The notes below the pieces were generated by a model. The model saw nothing but the letters and a program-made list of their open reading frames with translations, had not been told where the DNA came from and searched no databases. Shown one piece after another: positions 24,558-36,857 of a stretch of DNA of 64,000 bases. A program made the position numbers and the translations under genes. The stretch lies in NCBI GenBank assembly GCA_963771175.1, contig CAVYSY010000008.1:1-64000 (forward strand). The letters run 5' to 3'. Numbering within the stretch: position 1 is the first letter of the stretch; each line of letters opens with the position of its first letter. The DNA comes from an uncultured delta proteobacterium. GTDB lineage: Bacteria > Myxococcota > Myxococcia > Myxococcales > Myxococcaceae.

Positions 24558-24734
24558 GCTGCCCCCCCCGGAGCGCCTCCAGCTCCGGGAAGGCTCAGGG
24601 GCCCGGAGATGCAGGTGCGAACGGCGAGTATGCCATGACCTGGGGGTGTCAGTCATGACCTGCCGAGGAGAACAGTAGGGAGACTCCTGGCCTATCATTC
24701 AGGGTCGCTTCCCATCGGGGGAAAGGCACGACAC

Positions 24735-27212
24735 ATGGAGAAGCACCGCAGTTCTGAGGTGGGGTCAGACGCGGTGACACGAGAAGCGGCACGGCCAGTG
24801 CCTGTGAGAAACCTCCAGGCCCTCCTGGTCGCGAGCGGCCTCGTGGCCAGCTTGAGCGCGGCCGGCGGCGAGCCGAGGCGAGCGAAGGTGACGCTCTCGG
24901 TGGAAGCGCGTCCGCGAGAGGAAGCACACAGCCCCCGCCTGGAAGTCTGGCGGGAGGAGGGCGTGCTCTCCCTAAGGGTGGTGGACCCAGGGCGCCTGGT
25001 AGTGAAGGCAGGCGTTGAGGTCATCGCCGCGGGCGCGCTGGGCTGGGGCGAGGACCAGCGGCTGCGGATAGAGCCGCTCGTGGCCTACCCGCCCACGGCC
25101 ATGCCTCGGGCGGTCAACCGCGAGCCAGGCCGGGAGGAGGTGGAGGTACACGTCCCGGCGGGAGTTGGCGCCGGAGAGCTGCTCACCCTCACCTATGAAT
25201 GGGACTGGAAGCACGCGGGCAAGCCCGCCCTGGTGCGCACCTGGATGCTCCCACTCCTGGAGCAGGACCTCCCGCCAGAGTGGCTAGAGGAGGAGCTGTC
25301 CGAGCCCGAGCTGGAGGACACACCGGAGGACGAGGCCGACACGCTGGCCTTCCTCTCCCTCCAGGAGACCCCTTTCCCCGTCCAGGTGGACCCGGAGTGG
25401 CCCGAGTCGCTCTGGGTTCCTGGCCATGCCTCGCGGGAGGAGCTCGCCTCGCGGCTCTTCGGGGATGCGTCCGCGGTGGGCGCTTTCGACTTCGAGCCCC
25501 TCGCGGCGCCACCCGACTCGGAGGGAGGGCCACGCAGCCGCGCCCTGCACCCGCTCGAGTGGGTGCGTGTGGAAGTCCACGGGCCACAGCCGCGCACGCA
25601 CCTGATGACGGCCATGGAGCTGGCCCTGCTCGCCTCCCTGCCGGACACACCGCTCCTCTGGACGGCGCTGGGCCGCATCGGTGAGCTGCACATGTACTAC
25701 GGCGCCGTGTCGGCATTGGCGCGGGCGCCACTGCTGTCGGGGGTGGCGGCCACCGGCGCGCAAGAGGGCGCGGTGGCGGGAGCGCGGCGGGCGGCGGTGC
25801 GCCAGTTCATCGGCCGCATGTCCCTGGTGACGACCCTGGCGGTGGTGGACACCTGGCGCGACGAGCTGTCGCGGACGCCGGAGGGACGGGCCTTCCTCGC
25901 GGTGCATGACGTGGCCATGCTCGCGCTGGCCGGAAGGGACATCTCCAAGCTGGCCACCTCGGGTATATGGCGCGAGCTGGCGCACCGGGGAGGACGGGTG
26001 TTGAGCCAATCTGGCGCCCGGGCCTCGGCCGGACTGCGCGAGTCCGTGGAGCTGGCGCAGGCCCTGGCGAAGACGGTGGAGCGGATGCTCGCCGAGGGCA
26101 AGGCCGTCGCGACACCGGACGGACTGCGGTTTTCCCTTTCTGGCGGGGCCGAGGCCTTCAAGCAGGCCTTCTTCGCCATACGGGGGGAGCTGGCCGCCGC
26201 ACGGGCCCTCGGTGGCATTCGCGGCGCGGGGCTCGCGGCCCAGGAGGCAGGGAGGACGCTGGATGCGCTGAAGCTGCTGGCGGCGGAGAGCCAGGAGCTG
26301 GCGCGCGCCTACAGTGCGGTGGCGCGACGCGCGGCGGCCCTGCCGGCGGACAAGGCCCAGGCGTACCTCGCCGCGGTGGAATCACTGCGCGCCTCCGCCC
26401 GCAGTGCAGCGAAGCCGGCGCTGGCCGAGTTGCTGAGGCGTTCAGGGGCACCGAGCCTGGCGGACCCGCTTGCCTTCCTGAAGGAGGCCGAGTGGCTCGT
26501 CAGGCACCCGGAGCTGGACGCCGAGGCCGTGGGCACGCTGGCGAGGAAAGCGTGCGAGGGCCGCGTCGACCTGGGCTGGCTGCGCTCGACCGGACTGACC
26601 CTGGAGGACCTCAACTTCATGGCCAGGGACAAGAGGACGCCTTGGAGGCTGTTCCGGGGCGCGGCGGCGGAGCCGGGGAATTGGACGCAGCAACGGCGGG
26701 CGCGTGAGCAACTCCGAGGAATCGCGGGGGAGATGTTGACGGAGCGCAATGCGCGGAAGCTCTTCCCGGGCTTCCGGATGACCGGACGGCAGGTGAAATT
26801 GGAAGGCGGGCGCATCATCGACCACGAGTTGACTTCGATGGATGGCTCGAGGCTTCGGCATGGGGTGGAAGTAAAGGGCTGGAACGAAAACAGATGGCGC
26901 AAGGCGCTCGACGCCTGGAGGGCCAAACAGGGCACCAACAAGCTCGACGAAGAGCAAGAGGAGCTAGTAAAGCAACTCCAGCGCCTGCTCGACCAACTCG
27001 CGGACGCGGCGAAGGCTCCTCGAGGGTCAGCGTTCCTCGTCAGTACAGACAAACTGAGCGGGCCGACCAGGTTCAAGCTGATCAGCTTCCTAGAGGAGAA
27101 CGCACCAGACACGCTGCTCATACAAATAGAGGAGGCGAAGATTCTGGAGAAGACGAAGCAGTTGCGCGCGGCGCTGAATCTGCCAGAGGAGCTATCCGGA
27201 GGTGTGCCATGA
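24735..27212 (+). CDS. Large Ala-rich protein with C-terminal PD-(D/E)xK-like domain; putative polymorphic toxin
   Basis: C-terminal LRGIAGEML...RIIDHEL...GVEVKGW; stop overlaps the next ATG (ATGA). Confidence 0.55.
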   Translation: MEKHRSSEVGSDAVTREAARPVPVRNLQALLVASGLVASLSAAGGEPRRAKVTLSVEARPREEAHSPRLEVWREEGVLSLRVVDPGRLVVKAGVEVIAAGALGWGEDQRLRIEPLVAYPPTAMPRAVNREPGREEVEVHVPAGVGAGELLTLTYEWDWKHAGKPALVRTWMLPLLEQDLPPEWLEEELSEPELEDTPEDEADTLAFLSLQETPFPVQVDPEWPESLWVPGHASREELASRLFGDASAVGAFDFEPLAAPPDSEGGPRSRALHPLEWVRVEVHGPQPRTHLMTAMELALLASLPDTPLLWTALGRIGELHMYYGAVSALARAPLLSGVAATGAQEGAVAGARRAAVRQFIGRMSLVTTLAVVDTWRDELSRTPEGRAFLAVHDVAMLALAGRDISKLATSGIWRELAHRGGRVLSQSGARASAGLRESVELAQALAKTVERMLAEGKAVATPDGLRFSLSGGAEAFKQAFFAIRGELAAARALGGIRGAGLAAQEAGRTLDALKLLAAESQELARAYSAVARRAAALPADKAQAYLAAVESLRASARSAAKPALAELLRRSGAPSLADPLAFLKEAEWLVRHPELDAEAVGTLARKACEGRVDLGWLRSTGLTLEDLNFMARDKRTPWRLFRGAAAEPGNWTQQRRAREQLRGIAGEMLTERNARKLFPGFRMTGRQVKLEGGRIIDHELTSMDGSRLRHGVEVKGWNENRWRKALDAWRAKQGTNKLDEEQEELVKQLQRLLDQLADAAKAPRGSAFLVSTDKLSGPTRFKLISFLEENAPDTLLIQIEEAKILEKTKQLRAALNLPEELSGGVP

Positions 27213-27992
27213 ACCCCAATATCATCTGGGCGGTCCTGACCCCAGGCGAGCCCGCACGGCTGGAGAGCCGCGCCCGTGCCATCGTGATGACGGAGGCGGA
27301 CGAAGAGGACGGACTAGAGCCGCCGTTCGAGGTCATCCCGGGCAGTGGCCGCTACCATGCCATCGTGGGGACGGACCCCATGGACGTGGGCGCCGAGATG
27401 CAAATCGCCGAGGAATTGTCGCTCGAATGCGATGAGCCCGTGTACTCGATTGAGGTTGCCAACGACCCGTGGGCCGTCATGTCGTGGCGGAAGGGTGCAC
27501 TAGAGGTCAAGGAGGTGGATCCGGAAGCCCTGGCGGAGTCTCTCGGCTGTCCGCTGCCAGGAAGCGAGGAGCCTCCGGACAGAGCCGCGAGGAAGCCGCT
27601 GCGAACTGTCGCGTTGATAGAAGGACTCCAGGCAGAGGAGGCGCGTCGCGCGATAGAAGAAGTGCATGGCGAACCACTCCCTCCGGGGCGCTACCTCATC
27701 GAGGACACGCCGCGAGGGCTCCTTCGCCGGCGGAACAGGCGGCATGAATTTCGCCCACATTGATCTCTCGGAACGGTTTCCGCATGCGACTGTGTATGCA
27801 GTGACCGCATCGCCGAGCCTTGACATCTTCTTCCTCACGGTGATGCGGGGGGCAGAGGGCATTGAGCAATTCACGCGACCGTTCCGTCCAAATCCATGGG
27901 TGCCGGAGGTCAGCGAAATCAAGGGCGAGCGCTCGCCCGTGCGGCTCCTCGCGGCACTGGGCATCCCGGTGGAATGGTTCGTGAATGAGTGA
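27209..27992 (+). CDS. Acidic hypothetical protein, putative cognate immunity (frameshift near 27720)
   Basis: MNPNIIWAVL...; translationally coupled to the upstream gene; lower GC than flanks. Confidence 0.5.
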
Positions 27993-28017
27993 GGAGCCCT
28001 GACGCGGGCTCCGCGCC

Positions 28018-30999
28018 TCAGTACCGCCCCTTGAGACCGATGATGGGCAGCGCGATGGGCAGGCCCGTCGGCTCCTTCGTCATCGGCGATCCGTACCCGC
28101 CGGTGTAGTCGAAGGCGACCACCTCCTGGCTGATGGTCACGTTGAGCATGTCCAGGTAGCGCCTCGAGCGAGAAGGTCTCGTAGACCCACGCCTTGGACA
28201 CCCGCAGGTCGAAGCGGAAGAAGGGCGGCAGCCGGTCGACCTGGTCCGATCCAACGGCACCCACTGGGGCCGGCCGTCGAGGTCCGAGCCCACCACCTGC
28301 GTGCGCTGGTGAGGTTGCCCGACTCCGGACGGCCGCTGTTGAAGTGCAGCACTCCGCCCAGGGTGACGTTGTTGGCGAACTTGTAGCTGAGCACCAGGTT
28401 GAGGATGTGCGTCTGGTCGAAGACGTAGGGCAGGTCCGCCTCGGCCTCGCCCACGACCATGCCGTGCTCGTCGTAGCGGTTGAACTTCAGGTGACGCGCG
28501 TGCTGCGCTGAGCGAGTAGCTGACAGCCAGCCGAACCAGTTGTCGCCCAGCGGGTGGCGCAGCATCAGCTCCACGCCGTACGACGAGCCCGTGCTGCTCA
28601 GGTCCCCCAGGTCCAGATCCGGCAGGGGTTGTCCTGCTGCGCCATCGTCCTCACGACGCGGCGACCGCCCGGTCGCCCACGGGATGAGGCTCCCCGTGTC
28701 AGGATCCAGGTCGGCTCGAAGACGGGCGGCGACTGCTCGTCGCCGAAGGGCGTCAGCTCCACGGTGCGCAGCATCGGGTTCACGTAGCCCTCCACGCTCA
28801 CGTGCGAAGCGCCGCCAGGCCCTTGTACTCCACGCCCGCGGCAGCTGCAGCGCGCGCTGCAGCCCCTGGTCGGCAGCGCCGGCGAGGTCCACCATGGGCA
28901 GGCTGATGAGCGTGGTGGGCGTCTGGTGGTAGAGGCCCACTCCGCCCTTCAGCGTCAGCTGCTCGCTCGCGCCGGCGCACGGTGAGGCGCGGCTCCACGA
29001 CGAAGTCGTTGGTGCCGCCGGCCAGGTGGTAGTTGTCCAGGCGCAGCCCGGGATCAGCGTCCAGCGCGCGAGTCGGTCTCCCACAGCAGCTCCGCCCACC
29101 GCCCGCTGAAGGTGGCGAGCGCCTGCGGCTGCTCCTCGGTGCACGCGCTCGTGGCTCGCCGCCCTCCGGCGGGCGGGTACGCAGCGTGTCCAGGCACACC
29201 ACGCGCGCGCCGGTGCTCCACGTCCGCGCCGCTGCGCAGGGTGAGCGCCCTCGCCGCAGCGGGCGCGTGTAGCCCAGCGCGCGCGCGTGGTGTCTGGTCG
29301 ATGGCGAAGAGCGAGCCCATGATGTCGCCGGGCCGCCGCTTCACGGGGCTCACGTTGTCGATGCCGAAGCGGTCCAGACCCCAGGTGGCGCCCACCTCCA
29401 GCTCGCCGCGGCCCACGGGCGTGGCGGTGGCGCAGGTCCACGCCGGTGGAAGAGCACCGTCTGCAGCGCGGTGTCGCCTCAGCGCGTCGTGCGCCTCCAG
29501 GCCCACCGCGTCCGAGGAGCCGAAGGCGAAGAGGCGCAGCCGCCCCGGCGCCCACGCTGCTGCTCCACGCGCGCCTGGTAGTCGTAGAAGTCCAGCACCA
29601 GCTTCGAGTCTGTCTGACCCGGGTGGCGGCGGGCCCTGCAGCGCGTGGCCGCGAGCGCGACCAGCCACGGCGTGTAGCTGAGACGCGGCCCGCCACGCGA
29701 GACGTTGGTGCCGGTGGACTTGAAGGGGTACTCGACGAAGAGGCCCGCGTTGATGAGGTCCGCGTAGGCGCTGCCGTGCACGCGGTCGTCGCGCGGGCGG
29801 CGTCAGCCTGCCCTCGATGGCGCCGCCCATCAGCCGCCCGTACTGCGGCGGGCGCGTTGCCCGGGAAGAAGTCGATGGTGTCGATGAAGTCCGGGTGGAC
29901 GACCGCCGGGCCCGAGGAAGAGGTGGAAGAGGATGGGGACGCGGATGCCGTCGAGGAAGTAGCCGGTGGCGGCGGGCTGGCTGCCGCGCACCACCGGGTA
30001 GGCGACGCCGGAGAGCATGCTGCCCACGCCCGGGCATCAGCATCACCACGCGGAAGGGGTCGCCCATGGTGCCGGGCACCTCGCGCAGCTCCTGCGTCGT
30101 GCAGCGTGACGCGGGACACCTCGGTGCGCGTCGCGCTCCGCCGCGCACCACCGTCTCGTAGGGGTTCACCACCAGCGGCTCCAGCGCGTACACCACCTCG
30201 AGCGACCTCGCCCGCGCGCACCTCCTCGCGAAGGCGCGCCGGGCTGGTGGCCGGGCGCCGTGACCGCGCACGCCACTGCTTGCCCGGGCGGCAGGCGCGC
30301 CTCGAAGCGACCGTCCGCGCCCGTCTCCACGCGGCGCGCTCCTTCGAGCACGGCTGCCGAGACCAGCGTCGCGCCCGGCAGCGGGCGGCGGTTGCCCTTG
30401 GCGCGCACCAGCCCGCGCAGGCTCACCGGCGCGGCGCCTCGGCGCCCTCAGGGTGCGTGCCGGGAGCGACGCGGCTGCGGGCGCCTCGAAGCGGTACTCG
30501 AAGTGGAGCCGCACCGGCGCGGGCTGGCCGTCCACCGTCGCCGGGGAGAAGCGCAGGCCCGTGCGCGGCGTGCAGCGCGGCCTCGTCCAGCAGCGGGTGC
30601 AGCGCGCTGCAGCACGCGCGGCCTCGGCCACCTCGCCCGCTCGTCCACCAGCAGCTCCAGCTGCACCGTGCCCGCCACCGGCTGGGCGACGAGGCCCTCG
30701 GGGTAGCGCGCCGGCGAGTCCACCACCAGCGCGGGCGGCTCGAAGCGGGGCCGGGGCGTGCCCGCGTCCTGACTCCCCGCTCCCTCCAGGGCGAAGCCCC
30801 CATCGGTGCGCTGCACGTCCAGCTCCGCCCGCACCAGGCCCGCGTCGGCGCGCGGAGCGTCGGGGAGGTTCTGGAGACCGGGGGGCGTGGTGGGCGTCTG
30901 TGCGCGAGCCGCCGCGAGGGGAAGCAGTGCGACCAGCACCAGACCCAGGGCCACACGAGGTCCCCACCATCGGTTCATCCGCCGCTGCGCGTTCGCCAT
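28018..30999 (-). CDS. TonB-dependent receptor with N-terminal TonB-C and carboxypeptidase-regulatory-like domains (heavily frameshifted)
   Basis: LLDEAAL..FSPA.VDGQP, ELREVPGTMGDPFRVV, YFLDGIRVP.LFH, DQTHILNLV, LPIIGLKGRY*. Confidence 0.85.
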
Positions 31000-31092
31000 G
31001 TGCACCCGTCCCTACAGGTGAAGGAGCCCATGACGCCAGTCCCCCGGGTGGGAAGACAAGCCCCAGTAGACACACGGGGGCCCGCCTGTCCG

Positions 31093-31470
31093 CTAGCGCT
31101 TCTGCAGCGCCGCGGCCACCAGGCCGATCAGCTTGAGCTGCGAGGCGTCCAGCTTGCGCAGGTTGCGCATGAGGCGGCGCAGCTCGGCGGACTCCTCGTA
31201 CTCGGGCGGGGACGACTCGGCCGCCCAGGTGGCCACCTCACCCGTGTTGAGTCCCAGGAAGGTGTCCGAGGGCATCCGCAGCGCGATGCACAGCCGCCGC
31301 AACGACGGGACGCTGGGCAGCATCCGCCCCCGCTCCAACCGCCCGTACACCTCCGTCGCCAGCCCCACCCGCTCGGCCACGTCCGCCTGGGTCAGCCCCG
31401 AGCGCAGCCGCGCCTGGCGCGCCATCTCCCCCACGTTCGCTGCCAGCTTGCCGGTCGACGGTTGTCCCAT
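31093..31470 (-). CDS. XRE-family HTH regulator
   Basis: GLTQADVAERVGLATEVYGRLERGRMLPSVPSL. Confidence 0.92.
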   Translation of the reverse strand: MGQPSTGKLAANVGEMARQARLRSGLTQADVAERVGLATEVYGRLERGRMLPSVPSLRRLCIALRMPSDTFLGLNTGEVATWAAESSPPEYEESAELRRLMRNLRKLDASQLKLIGLVAAALQKR

Positions 31471-31933
31471 GGTGACTCTCAGCACTCGGTCGAGCAGTGA
31501 CCCATCAGGCCACCTGCTTAGAGCCTGAGGGGGACCCGGCGACAGGACAGGACGGGTAGTCGGGAAAACCTGGGACCCTAATAGTGCTCGGCGGACGCGG
31601 GGGTTGGTGTGCCCCACCCCATCGGCCGAGGAGCCTCACCCCTCAGAGGTGAACCGAACTCATGAGGTCGTCCTCCGCGCCAGAGCCAATAGGTGACGGG
31701 ATGACCATTCACGTCCTGCTCGTGACATGGGACCTGGTTCTCGCCTTCCCGGAGTACCCAGGATGTCCCCTGCCAGAAGATCAAGGCGCCAACCCCCCGG
31801 GATGGCACTCCGAACCCCTTCCTGGAGGGTCCCGATCCATGTCCAGGGTCCAAGAGCCAACCCTCAGGCGTGTCTTTCCCGTAACGGCTGCCCTTCGTGC
31901 TATGGCGCACCTCGGAAAGAAGGTCGGGAGGAC

Positions 31934-32305
31934 ATGAGCAAAGGGCCAAACCGCGTCCTGGTGGTGGAGGACCATGCGGACAGCCGGGAGTTGCTCGCTG
32001 AGTTCATCGAAGCGCTTGGCTACGACGTGGACGTAGCGGGCAATGGGGTGGAGGCGCTCGAGCGGCTACGGGTCGCTCCCCTACCGACGGCGATGCTGTT
32101 GGACTTGATGATGCCGGTGATGAGCGGCTGGGAGTTGATGCGGCACGTGCGCGCGGATCCCATCCTGTGCTCGCTGCCGGTGGTGGTGGTGTCCGGCGCG
32201 GGGGACGCCCAACCCCTGCCCGAGGGCATCCGCGGCGCCATGCCCAAGCCAGTGGACCTGGACGCGCTGAGGGCCTTCCTCGAGGCCGCCACCCGGCGCG
32301 GTTAG
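31934..32305 (+). CDS. Single-domain response regulator
   Basis: VLVVEDH, LLDLMMPVMSG, PKPVD. Confidence 0.92.
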   Translation: MSKGPNRVLVVEDHADSRELLAEFIEALGYDVDVAGNGVEALERLRVAPLPTAMLLDLMMPVMSGWELMRHVRADPILCSLPVVVVSGAGDAQPLPEGIRGAMPKPVDLDALRAFLEAATRRG

Positions 32306-32309
32306 GGCG

Positions 32310-35037
32310 TCAGCGCGGCGCCACCCGCCGCACCTCGCCTCGAAACAGGTCCACCCGCGCCAACCGGCCCGCCTTGTCGAAGAGCAGCAGCTCCTCGTTC
32401 ACGAAGCGCACCGAGACCTGGCCCCGGGGCTCGCTGGGGAACGAGAACACCGCGCGTGTCCCGCCCGTCGCGCGGTCGAGGAGCTGAACCCTGTCCGTGG
32501 ACACCGACGCCATCCAGGCCCCTCCGAGCACCAGCCCCGGCGCGTCGCCTGGAGAGGACAGCGTCGGACGCCCGGAGAACGGCCCCAGCCACAGCAGCGC
32601 GGTGTCCCTGGTGAGAGGGAGGAAGACGTTCGCCGCCACCTCCCCATCCGGCCGCAGCGAGAGGTGCATCACCTGGGCAACCTCCTTCCCGCCGGGCAGC
32701 GTCTGGCGCGCGCGCAGCGTGGGGTCCGGCAGCGAGTAGCTCCAGCGCTCGAGCTCTCCGCCCGGCTGGACGGTGACGAAGCTCAGCTCGTTCGGGCCCG
32801 CCGCCACCGCCAGCACCCGCTCGCCCACCCGCGACACCCGCCACAGCGCACGCACGTCCGAGGCGAGCACGTCCACCGCCATCACCGTGTCCCCCGCGGC
32901 GATGAACCACCAGCTCCCGTCGTACATCGGAGCGAAGGCATCGACGCGCGCGTCGCACCAGGGCTCGGCCCGGCACCGGGTCAGGTCCAGCCGGGACAGG
33001 CGCAGCAGCGTCCCGCGCGGCGCGAGCGCCAGCACCCGGTCTCCATGCACCGAGAGCACCAGCGAGAAGGCCGGCACGTCGAAGTGCGCCACGCACCGGC
33101 CATCCGGCGTGAGGAGCCTCGCCCCCGCCTCGCCGAGCGCCACCAGCAGCCGCCCCCCAGGCAGGAGCACCGCGTCGTGGAGCTCCCACGCTCCGCCCTC
33201 CGCCGCGTCGAAGGAGTGCAACGCTGGAGGCCCGTCGGCCGGAAAGCCCACCCGCGAGGGCTGCCGCGGCAACGGGGGCAGGTCCGCCCGCAGCGCCGTG
33301 TCTCCCGTCGCGAGCACGAGGCGCTCGAGGTCCTTGCTCTTCGAGGGCAGGTAGCCCGCCGCCTGGTCCCGCAGCACTGCGCGCACCGCCGGCCGGAGGA
33401 GCGCCCTGCCCACCTCCGAGTCCTTCCTGTCCTCCACCTCCTGGGCCAGTGCTCCAGCGAAGGCCTGGCGTACCGGGGCGCCCTCCGCGTCATCCGCATC
33501 GAGCAGCGCGAGCGCCCGTGCCCGCACCGCGTCGAAACGCTCGGGGAAGGTCACTGTCATGCGCGCCAGCAGCCGCGCCCCGCCGACACCTCCTATCTCC
33601 ACGCCCCGCTCGAGCCACGCCAGCGTGAGCCGACGCGCGTCCTCCATCGGCCACACCACCTCCACCGCGCGCCCGTAGTCCCCCGCCTGCGCGAGCACCT
33701 CGCCCCAGAGGAGCCGCAGCACGCGTGACTCGGCGGCGTGCGTGCGCTCCAACCGCAGCACCGCGTCCGCGAAGGCGCCGGTGCTCCGGGCGATGTCCAC
33801 CGCTCGCGCCACGTCCTTCGCCAGCATCCACTGCCGCACCACCAGTCCCGGCGCCAGCTTGCGCCCCTCGGCCAGCTCCGCCGCCAGCCGCAACCGGCCG
33901 TGGCGCTCCAGGAAGGAGACGGCCTCCTCGCTGCTCGTGCAGCAGCTCGGCGAGGATGAAGGCCGCCTCCTCGATGCGGCCCTCGCGCTCCAGCTTCCGG
34001 AAGGCCGCTCGGTAGCGCTCCCGCAACGCCTCGAACACCGCCGCGCCCCCGCCGAAGACGCTCGGCGCCCCACCCTGGCGCGGCTGGATGGAGAGCTGCT
34101 CCCGAGGGCCGGGCACCCCGAGCGCCAGCCGGGCCTGCTCCGACATGCCGCCCTTGCTCAGCGGGATGGCGTAGCGCAGGGCCTCCTGCAGGTTGCCCTC
34201 GTCGAACATGTCGAAGAGGCGCCGCACGTACTCCGCCTTGCGCCGACCCAGCAGCGGGCCCAGCGGCGTGGAGCGGGCGAGCCACTCGGCGAGCTGCGAG
34301 AGGAGCCCCGGGCCACGGGGAGGCCGCGGTGCGGAACCGCCTCCGCCCCGCAACCAGGAGCGCAACCGGGTGAGGAGCGAGGCCGGAGCCACCGCGTCCA
34401 CGGTCGTCGCGCTCGGCCTCGGAGTCTCCCCGCGCCACCACGAGCGGAACCGGTCGAGCAGCCCCGGACGGCGGACGGCCTCCACCGGCACGGGCTGGCC
34501 CTCCATGCGTGCCCGCATCGCCTCGGCCTCAGGCGCGGGGACGCCGAGCCCGAAGCTGGCGCGCGTGGGCGCGGCGACGGGCGTGAGCGCCTGCACGGGC
34601 GGGGGCGGCGCGCCGAGGCCCTCCACGGACAGCACCTCCCAGGCGGACACGTCGAGCCAGGCCGACACCTCCACCCGCCGGGACGCATCGAGTGGGAACA
34701 CCTCTGCCGTCCCCGCGCGCACCAGCACGGCGGCTCCCGGAGGTGGGGCGAGACGCTCGCGCTCGGAGGGAGACAGCGGCGCGGAGAGGAGGACGCCGTC
34801 CTCCAGGGTGAAGGGCAGCCCCGGTGCCCCGGCACTGGCCACACGGAGCGGGGAGGACAGTCGCAGCAGGAAGCCCCCGGCGAGCGCGTACACGCCCGCT
34901 CCCGGACTCCACGCGGACAGCACCCGCCGGCGCGCCTCCGCCTCGCCCAGGAGCGCGGGGTCGAACCAGAGCGCCACCGCCTCCACGGTGCCCCGGTGGA
35001 CATGGGCACGAGGCCCCGGACGTCGCGCGGCGCTCAT
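32310..35037 (-). CDS. bpX6-type component of a MoxR-vWA-beta-propeller system (frameshift near 33935)
   Basis: RAHVHRGTVEAVALW..., RKAEYVRRLFDMFDEGNLQEALRYAIPL, RIEEAAFILAELL, C-terminal beta-rich region. Confidence 0.72.
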
Positions 35038-36857
35038 GACGTTCCTCCCGGGGTGGAGCGGAACACGAAGGCCCGGAACTGGAAGTTCCACACGCCCACC
35101 TCGCCCTTCTCCGTCAGCCAGGCCACCACGGGCAGGGCGTTGCTGACGCAGGCGGTGACGACCCGGGCCGGAGCCTGCATCAGGAGCTCGGAGGTGCCGC
35201 GCCCGGACACCAGGTGGAAGGAGCGCTCATCCTGCCCGAGCGCGACCAGTCCCAGTCCCGGCCAGGACGAGGCCGTGAGCCAGGAGCACAACCCCACCAC
35301 GCGCATACCCATGGGCAGGGACAACTCCGTGCCGCTCTCCCCCCGCGAGTCCCACGTCGCCCACCATCGGCCGGGCTGCTGGCGCAACGCGAGCGGGAGG
35401 CCCGACTCCGCGTAGGAGTCCTTCACCTGGCCGAAATACACTTCTCCATCGCCCTCCCTCAGGAGGATCTGACTCCAGATCTCCTGCGACTCCGAGGGCG
35501 AATGGCACCAGATGCCCAGCTGGCGCGAGCCCTCCTCGCTGGAGAGCCGACCCATGAGGAGGAGGGCGCCACGGCGCTCGGCGAGCGTGGTCACTCTCCG
35601 CCAGGTGGGACGGGCGCTCGGACCAGGCGCATCCCAGGAGAGCGTGTGGAGCACGCCCGCGGCATCCAGCACGAGGGGAGTCTCCCGGCGTCCCAGCAGG
35701 GACACCGCCAGCAGCGGGGGCTCGTCAGCGCGGGGAAGCCGGAGCGCCCCGTCCTCGGGCAGCGAGAAGGACACCCCGCGACTATTGGAAACACCCTTCA
35801 ACACACCATGCACGCGCAGGGAGCGCTCGTGCAGCGTCACCACGAGCAGCCCGCCATTGCGGCGCCAGCCCATGGCCACCACCGACTCCCCGCGCGGAGT
35901 CAGGAAGCGCTTGGGCTTGGGGATGGTGGCGCGCGGGGACTGGGGGAGCGCCTGGGCCGCGACGCTGCCATCTCCGTATGCCAGCAGCAGCCGCAACCCG
36001 TCCGCGGAGAAGCGGATGGCGCGCACGGCGCTGGTGCCGGTATCGAGCACTGGAGCGGCGACGGCGGTGCCGAAGGGGTCGCGCAACAGCCGCACGCACT
36101 GGGGCGCGGGCGGCAACTCCAGCACCACCTGGCGCGGCGGGCGCGACGCGGGCTTCACCTCCACCGCGAGCTGCCGGGCACCGGGAGCCACCACCTCCTC
36201 CACGGCCACGCGGGACAGGCCCTCGACACCGGGGAGCCGCGAGAGTCGCGAACCTCCCACCAACCACACATCATCGGGTCCGCGCCCCAGTTGGAGCGCC
36301 TCGCGCCAGTCGGCGAGCCGCTCATCCGTGGGTGGCTCGGCGCTGGCGGCCTTCAGCCACTGGCCGATGGAGGCGGGGTCCACCGTGGTGAAGGGCCCCT
36401 TCTGGGGCGAGGACTGGAGCACACCCCAGGCGAAGCCCGCTCCAGCCGCCTCGGCGCGCCGGGCGAGCACCACCAGCAGCGCGAGGTGCGCGATGCGCGG
36501 AGCCCCCAACTGGTCCGGCCCGGCATCCAGGAGCGCCACGGCGCGGCGGCCCCCCTGCGGCTGGCGGAAGGCGGGCCGGAGGAAGGCCTGCTCGCCGAAG
36601 GCCGCGCGGCGCACGAACTCGTCGGGGGCCTCCATCGCCATCAACCACTCGGACATCAGAAGCCGCTCGGGCGAGCCGCGCCGGGTGAGACCGTCATAGC
36701 CATGGAGTTCGTCCCCCGCGGTCTCGGTCCGCGCGCGCATGGGGCCGATCGCCGCGGCCAGCCGTGCCACGTGGGCCCCCACGCTGAGCGCCAGGTCCTC
36801 CGGGAAGAGGGACAGCTCCGTCGCCCACGGGCGCAGCGCCTCGGGCAGGGCGCTCAT
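35034..36857 (-). CDS. vWA-like plus beta-propeller component of the MoxR ternary system
   Basis: GYDGLTRRGSPERLLMSEWL...FVRRA..GE..F, VALLDAGPDQLGAPR (MIDAS-like position); ATGA overlaps on both sides. Confidence 0.7.
   Translation of the reverse strand: MSALPEALRPWATELSLFPEDLALSVGAHVARLAAAIGPMRARTETAGDELHGYDGLTRRGSPERLLMSEWLMAMEAPDEFVRRAAFGEQAFLRPAFRQPQGGRRAVALLDAGPDQLGAPRIAHLALLVVLARRAEAAGAGFAWGVLQSSPQKGPFTTVDPASIGQWLKAASAEPPTDERLADWREALQLGRGPDDVWLVGGSRLSRLPGVEGLSRVAVEEVVAPGARQLAVEVKPASRPPRQVVLELPPAPQCVRLLRDPFGTAVAAPVLDTGTSAVRAIRFSADGLRLLLAYGDGSVAAQALPQSPRATIPKPKRFLTPRGESVVAMGWRRNGGLLVVTLHERSLRVHGVLKGVSNSRGVSFSLPEDGALRLPRADEPPLLAVSLLGRRETPLVLDAAGVLHTLSWDAPGPSARPTWRRVTTLAERRGALLLMGRLSSEEGSRQLGIWCHSPSESQEIWSQILLREGDGEVYFGQVKDSYAESGLPLALRQQPGRWWATWDSRGESGTELSLPMGMRVVGLCSWLTASSWPGLGLVALGQDERSFHLVSGRGTSELLMQAPARVVTACVSNALPVVAWLTEKGEVGVWNFQFRAFVFRSTPGGTS

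Noticed and set aside
28018..30999. Decayed TonB-dependent receptor pseudogene
   Set aside because: The damage appears to be indels with preserved motifs and codon bias, consistent with a locally poor consensus; this cannot be decided without reads.
31500..31930. 430-bp intergenic region between the XRE regulator and the response regulator as a possible sRNA or small ORF
   Set aside because: No convincing ORF, terminator or recognisable RNA motif; best explained as divergent promoters.
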